A stretch of DNA of 63,908 nucleotides, the filler included, from Asterionella formosa (taxonomy: Eukaryota), in assembly GCA_002256025.1 (NCBI GenBank). It is 17 parts of 17 records of this genome, joined end to end, with 100 filler letters (N's around TTAATTAATTAA, not from the genome) between each part and the next. Parts side by side here need not be neighbours in the genome. Positions count along the whole stretch, not along the records: positions 1 to 31,076 come from NKIB01000761.1; 16 more parts are not named here. One strand, 5' to 3'. The notes under the pieces were generated by a model. It saw nothing but the letters and a program-made list of their open reading frames with translations, ran no database searches and was not told the DNA's origin. Shown here one piece after another: positions 12,366 through 24,520 of this stretch. A program made the position numbers and the translations under genes. The first letter of the stretch is position 1; the number at the start of each line of letters is the position of its first letter.

Positions 12366-13337
12366 CCAGGTACCTCGAAATCCGGATTATACCTGAGATC
12401 TGGCTGAGATGATACACCAGATGCTCCCAGGTAGGAGTACTGGCACTCATAAATGGTACCAGGTACCAGTACCTGGCATAGCACAGGGCTACCTGGTGAG
12501 TACAAGTACCAGGTACCACGTCAATTTAGTTTCATGTACATTTACCGGTATCTATTATTGGCTGTATAACACTGTTTGATTTTTATCTACTGGTAGTTTA
12601 CTGCCGTCGTTCAAGCAGCTGGCAAGTTCACAGTCGATCGATATATGTGCGTATTTAGTGTCGATCGATCTGCCCTTCCCAGTGCGTGGCTTAACGTGGT
12701 GGTGCCGTAACGGGGGGGGGGAGGAATCGACAGCAACGACAGTGATGGTGAAATGATCGTCGGCTAGCAGCCCCGTCCTCCTCGTTGTACAGGCAGCCAT
12801 CTTGTCCAAGTTGAACTTGACATACCAGAACCTACGAGATATACAGTGAACTAGCCGGACACCCATTTAGCGTGTCTCTGACAGTCAGTCGTCTATACTC
12901 CACAAACTGACAAATGCATGCACAGGCGCTAAAAAGTGTTAGGGAACACGTGGAAGGGGAGCATAAAGTTTACACTACCGGTATCATAATACCGGTACCT
13001 TATACTACCATCTACCTGCTGCTCCAGGTGGTAGATCTTACATAGTGTGTAAAATATGGTTGAGGAATGATATCAGTTACCAGGGTGGGTACCAGGTATC
13101 AGGTACTCCTACCAGTTGTACATGTGCAGACCAGCCATTGTGTACCCCTGGTACGCAGTCCACCAGAGATTCTGTACATATTTCTTCGCCTATGTATAAA
13201 CCCAGAACCTGATCAACAGCTGCAGTCATCAGCATGTGATGGAGAAATCGGATCAAAGAAGGTAGCTGCTCGGTTGTTCAACTTCTTCGCTTACATTCTT
13301 CTGCTTCCACCTTTCCAACAAATCTTTCAATTCAAAG

Positions 13338-15056
13338 ATGAAGTTTACCCTTGCACTCGCGGGTTTGGCCTCTGTGGCCGCCTTTACCCCCTCTGCCTTC
13401 ATCGGAAGATCATCTGTTTCGCACAGCGCCATGAGTGCTTCGGCTCTCAGCATGAAGTACAAAGTTGCCGTTGTTGGAGGGGGGCCCTCTGGAGCTTGCG
13501 CTGCCGAGATCTTCGCACAGGAGAAGGGCATTGACACTGTCCTTTTCGAGCGCAAGCTTGATAACGCCAAGCCATGTGGTGGTGCAATCCCCCTTTGTAT
13601 GGTCGGTGAATTCAATCTCCCAGAGACCGTTGTTGATCGTAAGGTACGTAACCATCACTGTATTCACAGGCATCCACCACTACCGGTATGTCCTCAGTAG
13701 CGAGGGTCAAAGCAAGACGAGTACTGGACGAATGATTGATGAAGCAAATCCTGTCCCATCCTGTACAACACACAAATGTTTATCAGAAGGGACGAAGAAA
13801 AACAAATCTTCATCTCCAGTTGAAGTTTAATTATTTAGCAGTACAGATTCTACATCAGTTGCAGTAGCATGAACCGCCCCACTCACTTGCAGAAGGAGGC
13901 TTCGATTCGCCGTTAATATCATCAATTTTTCGCGGTTCTCACCAGCCATCAATGCTTCTGTATACAGGTCCGCAAGATGAACCTCATCTCCCCCACTGGT
14001 GTGGAGGTCAACATCGGAGACACTCTCCAGCCCGATGAATACATCGGCATGTGTCGCCGTGAGATCCTTGACAAGCACCTGAGAGATCGTGCCATCGGGT
14101 ATGGAGCAGAGATAGTCAACGGACTTGTCACCGGCATTGACATCCCGGCTGACCACAAGGTCTCTGAAAACAAGTACACCATCCACTACCAAGAGTACGA
14201 AGAAGGAAGCAGTGCTGGTGTTGCCAAGGCAATGGACGTTGACGTAATTGTGGGAGCCGATGGTGCCAACTCTCGCGTTGCCAAGGCGATGGATGCCGGA
14301 CAGTACAACTTCGCAATCGCTTTCCAAGAGCGTATTAAGATCTCTGAAGAGAAAATGGCATTCTACGAAGAGATGGCTGAGATGTATGTTGGCGACGATG
14401 TCTCTCCCGATTTCTACGGTTGGGTCTTCCCAAAGTACGACCATGTCGGTGTTGGAACAGGAACAGTCGTCAACCGACCTGCCATTAAGCAGTACCAAAA
14501 GGCTATTCGTGACCGCGCCGGTGATAAAATTGCCGGAGGGAAGATCATTAAGGTCGAGGCTCATCCTATCCCTGAGCACTACCGCCCACGTCGCGTCCAG
14601 GGTCGAATCGCCCTTGTCGGAGATGCTGCAGGATACGTCACGAAGTGCTCCGGAGAAGGTATTTATTTTGCCGCCAAGTCGGGCCGCATGGCAGCTGAAG
14701 AGATCGTCAAGCTCATGAAAGGAGGATCGCGTCTTCCTACTCAAGCTGAGATTGAGAACACTTACATCAAGCAATACGACAATGCTTACGGACCAACTTA
14801 TTTTGTCCTTGATGCCCTCCAGAAGGTCTTTTATGTGAACAATGGAGCACGCGAAGCTTTCGTTGAGCTTTGCAACTCCAAGTACGTTCAACAAGTTACC
14901 TTCGACTCCTACCTTTACAAGCGCGTCCAGGGTAACAATGTTCTTGATGATGTCAAGCTCCTTGGCGAGACCATTGGCTGCTTGATCAGGGGCTACTCTA
15001 ACGCAAAGCCCGATGCTGAGTTCTCCAACCCTGTTGAGAGCAAAAAGCGCATTTAA
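13338..15056 (+). CDS. chlP: Geranylgeranyl diphosphate reductase, plastid-targeted; exons 13338-13643 and 13968-15056
   Basis: VAVVGGGPSG FAD motif, AKPCGGAIP, GADGANSRVAK, GDAAGYVTKCSGEGIYFA. A GT..AG intron at 13644-13967 restores DRK-VRKMNLISP. Signal peptide with AA/FTP cleavage motif, typical of diatom bipartite presequences. Confidence 0.96.
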
Positions 15057-15399
15057 GTCAGTATGCATTGAATTAAGCAATGTGATGACGACAGAGCTAC
15101 AAAAAGCATTGCATTATTGTCAACATTACAGATCTAGTTGGTCATGGCATTTGAAATGTAAAATAGAAAAGTGGAATGTTCACAAAAATTACTGGTTGTT
15201 GAAATGAATGTTAGTTTTTCTTAGTTGGTGAAGCTCTAATGGTGTAGAATAACTGACTCCATGAGTGAGCTTGTGAAAATTTCGTTACTGTCGTGAATAT
15301 CTTCAATTAACCTTTCGAATCTATGACAGTTTTGTGCGTAACAAGAATTTTCAAGACCAAACTCTCAGAAGGAGAGACAAGGAGTACTAGGTACCTCAT

Positions 15400-15960
15400 C
15401 TGGATATCAGCAATGCCTTCCTAAATACGCCAGCACCTCCCAACTCAGCCATTTATTGCATTTGGCTTTGGGTTTTCACTGAATATATATACTTTGGTGT
15501 CATGCTCATTTCCTAAAAGACATGATATTCTTGCACAGACACTCCCAGTAACAAAACATTATTGGAAGGATCTGGACATTAAAATGTGTGCACATTTGCA
15601 AGGTCATAAGATGTTTCACAAGATTTGGGGGGAACATAGTATTGACAAAGTCAAATGTGAACAACTTGGTTTAACTAAGCACAGAGCAGATCAATTTCTT
15701 CACCAAGGATATATTAACAATCGTCATGCCATTATGGCTTGAGCTACAGATAAAAGACACAGTGGCACGGGTTCCCTTTAAGCTTACAATCATTCTGTTA
15801 CCATTTTAGAATCTCACTGGAAGGTTCACAATATGAATATTGTTTCACCTTTTCTTGGCCTACTTTTCTCTTTAGTCCAAATTCTATGACTATTGACCAA
15901 ATACGGATGGTATCATATGTTCTAACTTATGTTTATGGTACTGCATGGAATAAACAACTG
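15400..15960 (+). mobile_element. Highly degraded Copia RT fragment
   Basis: DISNAF motif and HLQGHK..WGEH..DKV/RADQ remnants, homologous to the RT region at 32833-33132. Confidence 0.65.
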
Positions 15961-16585
15961 CTGGCTTCGATTCACCATTTCTATAAACATAAAAATGACA
16001 TGATGTGTGTGAGATACCCATTTGTTCAAGTTTCCCCAGCTTGAAATGTTAAAATCATGTACAGGCACAAAATGTCGGTTTCCAGAAAAGGGGGCATTCT
16101 AGCTGGAAGAATCAGCAGTGTTAGACAAAACTGGCCAACAACATTCAAGAAGAAATTCAAACATTTCTACTCCAACTGGAGAGATGGGGGCGACTCCAGC
16201 TGCACCAGTTACACCACCTGTCTCAAAAATTCAAACAAAGTTATCAAATTTCACAGTCATTAGGCCCATAGTCACCACATTTGTTGGATTGATAATGGGT
16301 TGGTTTTTGAATTCCGAAAGCTCAGGCTGGCTACACCAGGAATTGCCATGTGGACTGAATTTTTTAAAATTGAGAAGTCTCAAGGGGCTTAATAAATGAA
16401 GACATCATTTTACTACGCTCACTTCAAATTCCTCTTTCAAAATCTTTTTATTTACTCTTTGGTACTTACTGCAAGTATTCCAATACAGTGTAGTTTTAAT
16501 AATATATTCAAATATTTACTCCAGAGTAAATTGTTAAATTTGTTCAAAACATGGCTCTATGCTCATACAATGAGATAACAAGGCA

Positions 16586-18400
16586 TCAAGTAATATTGCG
16601 ATTGTTGATGCTATATATCAACTCAATTGCAGGTGCAACCTTTTTTGTCAGCGATCTTCGGTCATATGAGTTTCGCTGCATGTTAATTGAGTGACCCATG
16701 AATAAAGCTAACGCCTCCAGCTCCTTTTCACTTGCATCTGACTCTTTGATGTGGGTAACAATCATGTCTCGTAAAAGATGGGGATTTGTTCGTTTCCCTG
16801 TACATGAGTAGCAGTTGCGGGCAACAATTTGATAGACTGAGTCCTGAGTCAAGGGTTTCCTGGTTCGAGGCTGGACAAAGAGGGCATCTGTGAGCGGACG
16901 TAGACATGGTCGCCATCTCTCAATAAAATCATCAATAGCTGGAACCAGTTCGGGTGAAAGAGAAAGAGATGGGCGATCGCCATAAGTCTTTCCAGTCTTG
17001 TAGTCGTCTGGGGAATGTTTGATTGTCCAAAGATTCTGCTTTGTATCCTTAATGAATGATTTGCCAAGCTCCAGCTCACGAATTGTTCGTTGACGGTCTG
17101 GAACACTAGCAAAAAATGCAAGTATCAGATAGTACTGATAAACTGTGGCAATCTTCCGACCAGCTGCACTGTAAACTCCTGTTTCACTTGGCTGAAGCAT
17201 CCCCTCCTCGTAGCAACTGAGAAGTTGCAAAAGTTCTTGTTCAACAGAACGAACAACTTGTAAATATTCCGGCCATGAAAGCCATTTTTGATTTTCATCG
17301 CTCGACCTTGGAGCCATTGTCTGTCGTTTGTTGGCATCCCTATGGAGCTTTCTAATTTCACGAATCATTGGAACATCGTCAAATGGCTTGTCGCCATACG
17401 TTGGATCTGACTTGCTTTCTTTTGCAAAGCGAAACTTGATTAATTTCGCAATCCCACGCAGCAAGTTAGCTTCATATGACACCGAAATGCTTCTAGAAGT
17501 CCTAAGCCACAATACAAACTCCAGGACACTGTTGGCAGATTCTTTCTCCTTGTTAGGGACAATGGTGAACAGGGAAAGTGAATTATCCACGACATTATAA
17601 TTTTGTTTGACAAACCAGCCGATAAATAGTTTCGCATGTCTCAAGTATACATTTGCTGTTGCTGGGCGAATATGCTCTTCCTGTGACGCTGTATACGGCC
17701 TTGTCATGAAGCAGTAAAATTCGTCGAGTTCAGTTGACAACCGAGGAAACATCTCCTTGTAGTTTGACGGAAGTCCATAATCGTGCTGGCTGCCGTCTAA
17801 CTCGGCCTTTCTCCTTCGCCTCCGAGCTTGTTCATTAACGACGCACTTCTTGTAAACCATTTTTTCTTCCAGTGGTGCGTCCACTTCGACCCGTTCCGTG
17901 CCTTTGTCACAAGCGCTTATCGCGATTGCTGACGGATCATGCGGCGCGGCATTTGTATCAAAGTCTAAAGTATGAAGCTCAGTGGTAATCTCGAAATCAT
18001 TGCTGCAAGCGGTAGTTGTGATCTCCGAGACATGGCCCTCTGCACCCCCTGTTGGAAAGTCGTGTGTCGCTAGAGACTTACACATGTCCATTACAACTGC
18101 TCGCGTTCGATGCGCCATTAAAGCATCGAAGCCGAAATCGGATTGCAAAAGCTCTGAGAATATTTCTGGCCGATCCTTGAAGTCGAGAGCCAACAGCGCC
18201 AACTCAGAAACGCTCTCAAATCCAACCTCATCGAGCTTACGTTGAATGGTTGATTTAATTTTGCTCGAGAAGCCCATTTTCTCCATGGACTCCTCGAAGG
18301 CGTCCGCATTGCGAATGTCTACCAGCGCATTCGTCACCAAATTTCTCCTTTCTCTAGTGGTCCCAGACACGACGAGTGCGCTGGTCCAACAAAACATCAT
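16586..18400 (-). CDS. Tyrosine recombinase (phage integrase superfamily), intronless, 604 aa
   Basis: Full catalytic set: R (PDRQRTIRELE), K (DYKTGKTYG), HxxR (PHLLRD), H (FMGHS), Y (NSYDRR). Start codon uncertain; there is an in-frame TGA a few codons upstream. Confidence 0.85.
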   Translation of the reverse strand: MMFCWTSALVVSGTTRERRNLVTNALVDIRNADAFEESMEKMGFSSKIKSTIQRKLDEVGFESVSELALLALDFKDRPEIFSELLQSDFGFDALMAHRTRAVVMDMCKSLATHDFPTGGAEGHVSEITTTACSNDFEITTELHTLDFDTNAAPHDPSAIAISACDKGTERVEVDAPLEEKMVYKKCVVNEQARRRRRKAELDGSQHDYGLPSNYKEMFPRLSTELDEFYCFMTRPYTASQEEHIRPATANVYLRHAKLFIGWFVKQNYNVVDNSLSLFTIVPNKEKESANSVLEFVLWLRTSRSISVSYEANLLRGIAKLIKFRFAKESKSDPTYGDKPFDDVPMIREIRKLHRDANKRQTMAPRSSDENQKWLSWPEYLQVVRSVEQELLQLLSCYEEGMLQPSETGVYSAAGRKIATVYQYYLILAFFASVPDRQRTIRELELGKSFIKDTKQNLWTIKHSPDDYKTGKTYGDRPSLSLSPELVPAIDDFIERWRPCLRPLTDALFVQPRTRKPLTQDSVYQIVARNCYSCTGKRTNPHLLRDMIVTHIKESDASEKELEALALFMGHSINMQRNSYDRRSLTKKVAPAIELIYSINNRNIT

Positions 18401-18522
18401 CGTCTTGACTCAATTTTTGATGAACTCATTTTTGTCCAACGAGAACATAATCATGTATGCAGGAGTGATTGAGAATGACATGAAGCAGGCAGGGGTTTTG
18501 CTCGTTTGACTTCATGATACAT

Positions 18523-18765
18523 GGAACCAGGGGTACCAGGTACCTGGTACCAGGTACCAGGTAGTACCAGACACCAGGGTACCAGATACAAGGTACCTGG
18601 TACTCGAAGAATCTTGATCTTTCGTCTTGTTCGAGTCCTTCCATGTGCGTATGTAGGTACGGAGAACCAGGTACCCGTACCCAACCTTGTACTCCTGGCT
18701 CCTGGTGCTTTCTCAGGTGGTACTGGTACCAGTACAGTAGGTCCCAGGGTACCCCGGAGTACCTG
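18523..18765. repeat. Dense cluster of GTACCAG/CTGGTAC (CCAGGTACCTGG-type) short repeats
   Basis: Example: ggtaccaggtacctggtaccaggtaccaggtagtaccag. Similar clusters occur at more than 10 sites in the window. Confidence 0.85.
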
Positions 18766-18782
18766 ATAAGCATGTTGAGTAT

Positions 18783-21700
18783 TGTCAAGAATATTAGCCC
18801 GAGTCACAAGGATTGTGGATTCGATTGTAATCGAACGAGTCGAAAAATGGATTGCCACGTCAATCAGCTGTCTAATGAGATCAAAGATTGAACGTTTCTA
18901 TGGAAATGTTAAGTGGAAACTCAAAGAGAGTCTTAGAACGACTTTGCAGGAAGTAAAGATGCATGGAAAGGAAACATTTAGTTTAGCTTATAATTTAATT
19001 TGAGTTTTAGATTATCAACCGAGGAAACAGTGTGTTAATTGACAGCAAGGTCAATTAGTCTATCTAGCAGGAAGACTAGAAGCAGAGACAAGAGAGAAAG
19101 TAAGTGGTACTAGGTAGTACTACGATCATGTAAGAGTCTACGTGAAGAGAGACCCAGCCCGCGGGAAGGAGTACAGACCATTTCAACATGCTTTAAAGTA
19201 GATAGGTTTGAAAGGGTACTCAAGATGGGAATTGACGACGAATTGTCAGGAGTGCGGTTGCCAACATTTGATGGTACCGATTCCAAGTGGCATGTTTGGA
19301 AAGCGAAGTTTGTGGCCTATGCCTGCTACAAAGGTTTTGAAGGAATCCTAAATGGAGATGAAGTATCACCAGGTGAGAGAGATTCAGCTGGAGTGAAGAT
19401 TGTTCCGAGCGATAACGATGAGAAGCGTGCGAAACGAAATAATACGGTTGCCTATGCAAGTTTGATTATGGCATGTCAGAGTGGACCATTTGGATATGTA
19501 AATGGTGCCAGAAGTGAAGAGTTCCCCAATAGAAATGCGAAGGAAGCGTGGGACAAGTTAGTGTCTACGTACGAGTCAAGTAATATGGCAAATGTGATTG
19601 CCTTGTCAGGTCAGTGGACAAAATGCAAGATTAACGAGAATGAGAACCCCGACATTTGGTTTGTGGAGTTGGATAGAATTCGAGAACAATTGAGCCGTAC
19701 GTGCTCCCCAATTTCGGATGGTGCCTATGTGGCCCACGTTATCAACAACCCACCGGAAGTCTACAAGAGTTTGGTGGTTGGAAAATTTGGTCTCGCGAGC
19801 TCCAAGCTCACGATCCAAGAGGTCAAGAAGAATGTACGCGACTATTACGATTTTTATGTGCGAGACGAAACCAAGACGAATAAGAATGGCGAGCAGGCCT
19901 TCTTTTCAAAAAGCAAGTTTAAGGGAGACTCCAGGAAGTGTGGCAAGTATGGCCACAAGGCAGTTGATTGCCGAAGCAAGGGCAATACTACAGAAAAGAG
20001 AGAATTAACTCCCGAGCAACGAAATAAGAGAAAGAATGTGAAGTGTTATAATTGCCAGAAGATGGGGCACTATGCCAGTGAGTGCAACAATCAACAAAAT
20101 GCACCAATCAAACAGAAGGGAGAAGACGCCAACACCACTACGCAAGGAATGTTTGTGGTGACGTGTATTGAGGCAAGGTACAACGAAGAGGTAAATCATA
20201 TGTGCGTGCATAAGGACCGTTGGCTACTAGATAGTGGTGCTACGGTACATATATGCAATGATGAGCGCATCATGGAGGACAAGCGCGCAGTGCATGAAAC
20301 TGTTCTTGTGGGAAACGGCGCAGCAATTGTTGCAACTGTATCAGGCACGGTGACCCTTACGACAACAGACAAAGGAAAAGTGTTGAAACTCACCAATGTG
20401 CTCTATGCACCGGAGTTCAAGCAGAACATTATCAGCATTTCGAGAATTATTGACAAGGGAAATAAAGTTATGTTTGACGATGATAAGATGACGATCAGAA
20501 ACAACAACGGAGTTTTGATCTGCAAACATGATGAAACGAGGACAATTGGTGCAATGTACCATGTGCAAGGAACGCCTATTATAAAGGAAACGGTGTTGGA
20601 GGTTGAACAAGAAAGCGAGAAGCCAACACAACAATCTATCGACTATGATAAAGAAGACAAGAGTGAATGGACGAAAGTCGACGAAAAGAAGAAGACGACG
20701 AAAGCGATTGGTGAAACGATCGAGAAAAGAAACGCGAACGAAAATAATGATGTGATTGTGGAAATTAATGAAGCGCATGAAATGCTTGCACATGTGGGGG
20801 AAAAATGCCTTCGTGAGACATCGAAATTATTTGGGTGGAAACTTGTGGGAAAATTTAAAGGTGTGCGCCGGATGCGCAGCAGCCAAGGCGAAAGCACGCG
20901 CAGTACCCAAGATGACGCAAGAGAAGGCTACGACACCAGGAGAAAGACTGTTAATTAATATTAGCGGATCCTACGCAAAATCCGCTGTGGGAAATCAGTA
21001 TTGGGTGATGGCCGTGGATGATTATACAAAGAAACTCTGGAGTTATTTTATCAAGAAGAAAAGTGACATTGTAACTGTCGTTGTAGCGTTACTCACAAAA
21101 CTTGCAGGTGCAGGACATAAGACTAAATTTTTCCGATGTGATGACGCAGGTGAGAACTCCAAGCAACTAAAGAAAGTATGTGAAAACCAAGGTGTCAAGA
21201 TGGAATTTACGGCACCTCATTCTTTGCAGCACAACGGTGTTGTGGAACGTGGTTTTGTTACAGTGCGTCAGAGAGCACTCGCTATGATGCTAAGTGCGAA
21301 GTTTACAGATGAATATCAGGGGCTATTGTGGGCAGAAGCTGTACATACTGCGACAAGATTGACAAACAGTACAGTGAATTCAGTGACTAAGAAGAGTCCT
21401 GATGATGTGTTCTATGGAGAAACGAATACAAGGCGGCCCTACAAGCTCTACAGGCAATTTGGACATGTTGGTTGGGTTACTATAAGAGAAGGTGTCAAGA
21501 AATTAGATGCACGTTCCATCAAGTGTATCTTTTTGGGATACTCAGATGACCACTCTCAAGATACGTACTGCATGTGTAATCACGAGACAAACAATACTGT
21601 GGTCAATACACGTGACGTAAAGTGGAGTGAGTGGCATGGAACAAACGTACCAACGGATGGACTAGAGAAAATGTTCAAACCAGTCACCAACCAACAGGAT

Positions 21701-24125
21701 ATGGAGATATCAGTACGAGAAGATAATGAAGAATTGCATGACGATTTTTATGACGAGTTCGAACCTCGAGAAGTGTCCGATAATGAAGATGAAGATGATG
21801 ACAAGCAAGAATTGGGGAGGAAAACTGAACAATCAACTAAGATAGATGGTACTACGAAATACGAGGTTACAGGTACCAATACCCCAATTGTGAAGGCTAA
21901 ACGTGCGGAAAGTGCTCAGTCTAAGCAAGTGAAGTTGGCACATGAAATGCGAAGATTGGACTCGTCGTTCAATCCTATGAGTACGAAAATTGTGAAAATT
22001 TCAGGAGATACTGAGATGCCTGGTGTTATCGAGGAGGATGATATGAAGGAAGTTACAAAGAATACACAGGTGAATTTTGTGTACAACGCAAGTCTGGCTT
22101 CTGATCCAGGATTACCAACAAGCAAGCTACGATGAAGCAATGGCAAGACCAGACAAGAAAGAGTGGATCAAGGCGATCAACAAAGAATATGAAAACTTCC
22201 AGTCGAGAGGAGTGTAGAAAGTTGTCAAACGTGACACTGTTAAGAAGCAAACACTAAAAACGAGATGGGTGTTTCGAATTAAAGAAGATGTGTTAACCGG
22301 GAAGACCATTTACAAGGCAAGATTGGTCGTGAAGGGATATGAGCAAATCCCAGGCGTCGATTTTACTGAGACATTTGCTCCAGTTGCAAGCGATGCGACA
22401 ATCAAAATGGTACTAGCAGTGACGATGTACAACGGTTGGCAAGCGGAGGCTATTGATGTGGAAGCAGCATTTCTAAATGCTGACGTCGATGAGGAGATTT
22501 ATATTGAGCCCCCTCAAGGTTTGATTGGAGTCGATTCCGATACACATGTTTGCAAACTTGTGAAGGCTATGTACAGGATAGTACAAGCTCCACAATGCTG
22601 GTCCAGGACGTTTGCGAAATGTGTCACCAATAAACCAGGTATGACGAAGAGCAAGATCGACCCTATGTTATTTATGCACCGGAACAAGGATGGACAAATT
22701 GATGGTCTACTTGTTAATTACGTGGATGACGGTATTGTATGTGGGACTCCAAGTGCAGTTGAGTATATAAAAATGTTATCAAGGAAGATTTCAATATTAC
22801 CGAGCAGGGTATTCTACAGAAACACCTTGGAGTGGAATGTGCTTGGAAAGAGGACGAGTATGGTGAATACTGGGAGGTGCAGATGCAGAAATTTCGTATG
22901 CAACTTCTACACGAATACGAGAAGTTGACGGGTATGAAAATTAAGTCGTATGCAACGCCAGGTGTACCAGGAAAGACATTGAACAAGAATGACGGTGAAG
23001 TCATTATGGAAGGAGAATATCGGAAAATTGTGGGCAAGTTACTATGGTCTACAAAGAAGGATTTGCCGGACTGTGCGAATGCGGTTCGGGAATTATCGGC
23101 TCATTTAAGTTGCCCAGGTGAAGAACAATGGCATGCAGTGGCAAGAGTCATTGGTTACCTATCCAATATGGAGGATAGAGTTCTCAAGTTGCGTAAGCCA
23201 AAAGAGTTAAGAGTCATTGCCTACGTGGACAGTGACTGGGCGGCTAATAAGGTTAACAGGAAGAGCACAACTGGCTATCTTGTTACTATTGGCGGGGCAC
23301 TTATCAGTTGGCAGTCGAAGGGACAACAAACAGTTACGCTGTCCAGCATGGAAGCCGAGTATGTGGCGATGTCCTAGTGTGAACAAGAGATCAAGTTCAT
23401 AGCAATGCTTCTGAATGAGGTTACTGGTGTTAAGGTCATGTTACCAAGTATCCTATGAGAAGACAATACAGGAGCTATTTTTATCGCGAAGAATCAGCAA
23501 ATCGGAACCAGGACAAAACACATTGATATTAAGTATCATCATGTAAATGACATGATTGAGGATGAAGAATTGGAAGTCATTTTTATAAGGTTGAAAGATA
23601 ATTTTGCGGACATTATGACCAAGAACGTGAAGGAACAGATTCATACAAGATTGTCCGAATCAGTTCAGAGTGGAACGATGTTACAGCCTCTTGAGTGTGG
23701 CAATGGGGAGGATGTCAAGAATATTAGCCCGAGTCACAAGGATTGTGGACTCGATTGTAATCGAACGAGTCGAATATTGCATTGCCACGTCAATCAGCTG
23801 TCGAACGAGATCAAAGATTGAAGATTTCTATGGAAATGTTAAGTGGAAACTCGAAGAGAGTCTTAGAACGCACGACTTTGCAGGAAGCAAAGATGCATGG
23901 AAAAGAAACATTTAGTTTAGCTTATAATTTAATTTGAGTTTTAGATTATCAACCGAGGAAACAGTGTGTTAATTGACAGGAAGGTCCTCAATTAGTCTAT
24001 CTAGCAGGAACAACGCTAGAAGCAGAGACAAGAGAGAAAGTAAGTGGTAGTAGGTACTACTACGATCACGTAAGAGTCTACGTGAAGAGAGACCCAGCCC
24101 GCGGGAAGGAGTCCGGACCATTTCA
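18783..24125 (+). mobile_element. Full-length Ty1/Copia LTR retrotransposon, disabled
   Basis: LTRs 18783-19185 and 23713-24125 (TGTCAAG...TTTCA); PPT GGGGAGGA at 23705-23712. Internal order: gag with CCHC knuckle (CYNCQKMGHYASEC), protease (WLLDSGAT), integrase (DDAGE..NGVVERG), RT (YVDD), RNase H (YVDSDWA). Several frameshifts and stops. Confidence 0.95.
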
Positions 24126-24520
24126 ATGGAGTATCAGGTAAGTACGTACCTGGGCGATAATATACCCGATGATGGTATCTGGTACCAGGGCGGGTATGAT
24201 AAAAACGGATTACTACCAGGTATACCGGTAGTTGCTCCGTGTATGCTGATTTTTCTGAGAATTTATGGCTTCTTTTGAGGAGCTCAGGCCGCGATGTTGA
24301 ACTTGAGCACCTTCGGTGACGCCTGCCCGCACTGACGTGTTGTACATATAGTCATACTGCCTTGCTGCGTGCACCTAATGATGACAAGGCCCGAGAATGA
24401 TCTAAGGATGACGTAGAATAATGCTCTACATGGTGCGTTTTAAAATCATTATCATACCGGCACCGGTAAGCAAGCGAGAAAGAGCAATCTTTTTCATATT
24501 CAATCTTCCGTCAATACATC

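Noticed and set aside
13644..13967. Intronic snoRNA in the 324-bp chlP intron
   Set aside because: A TGATGA is present but I found no matching CTGA D box or terminal stem.
13827..15080. 417-aa antisense ORF over chlP
   Set aside because: Shadow ORF from codon bias; no recognisable motifs.
18426..18891. VPGT/WYQ-rich ORFs (also at 12331, 48797-49340 and 59184)
   Set aside because: Spurious translations of GTACCAG clusters that are open in several frames.
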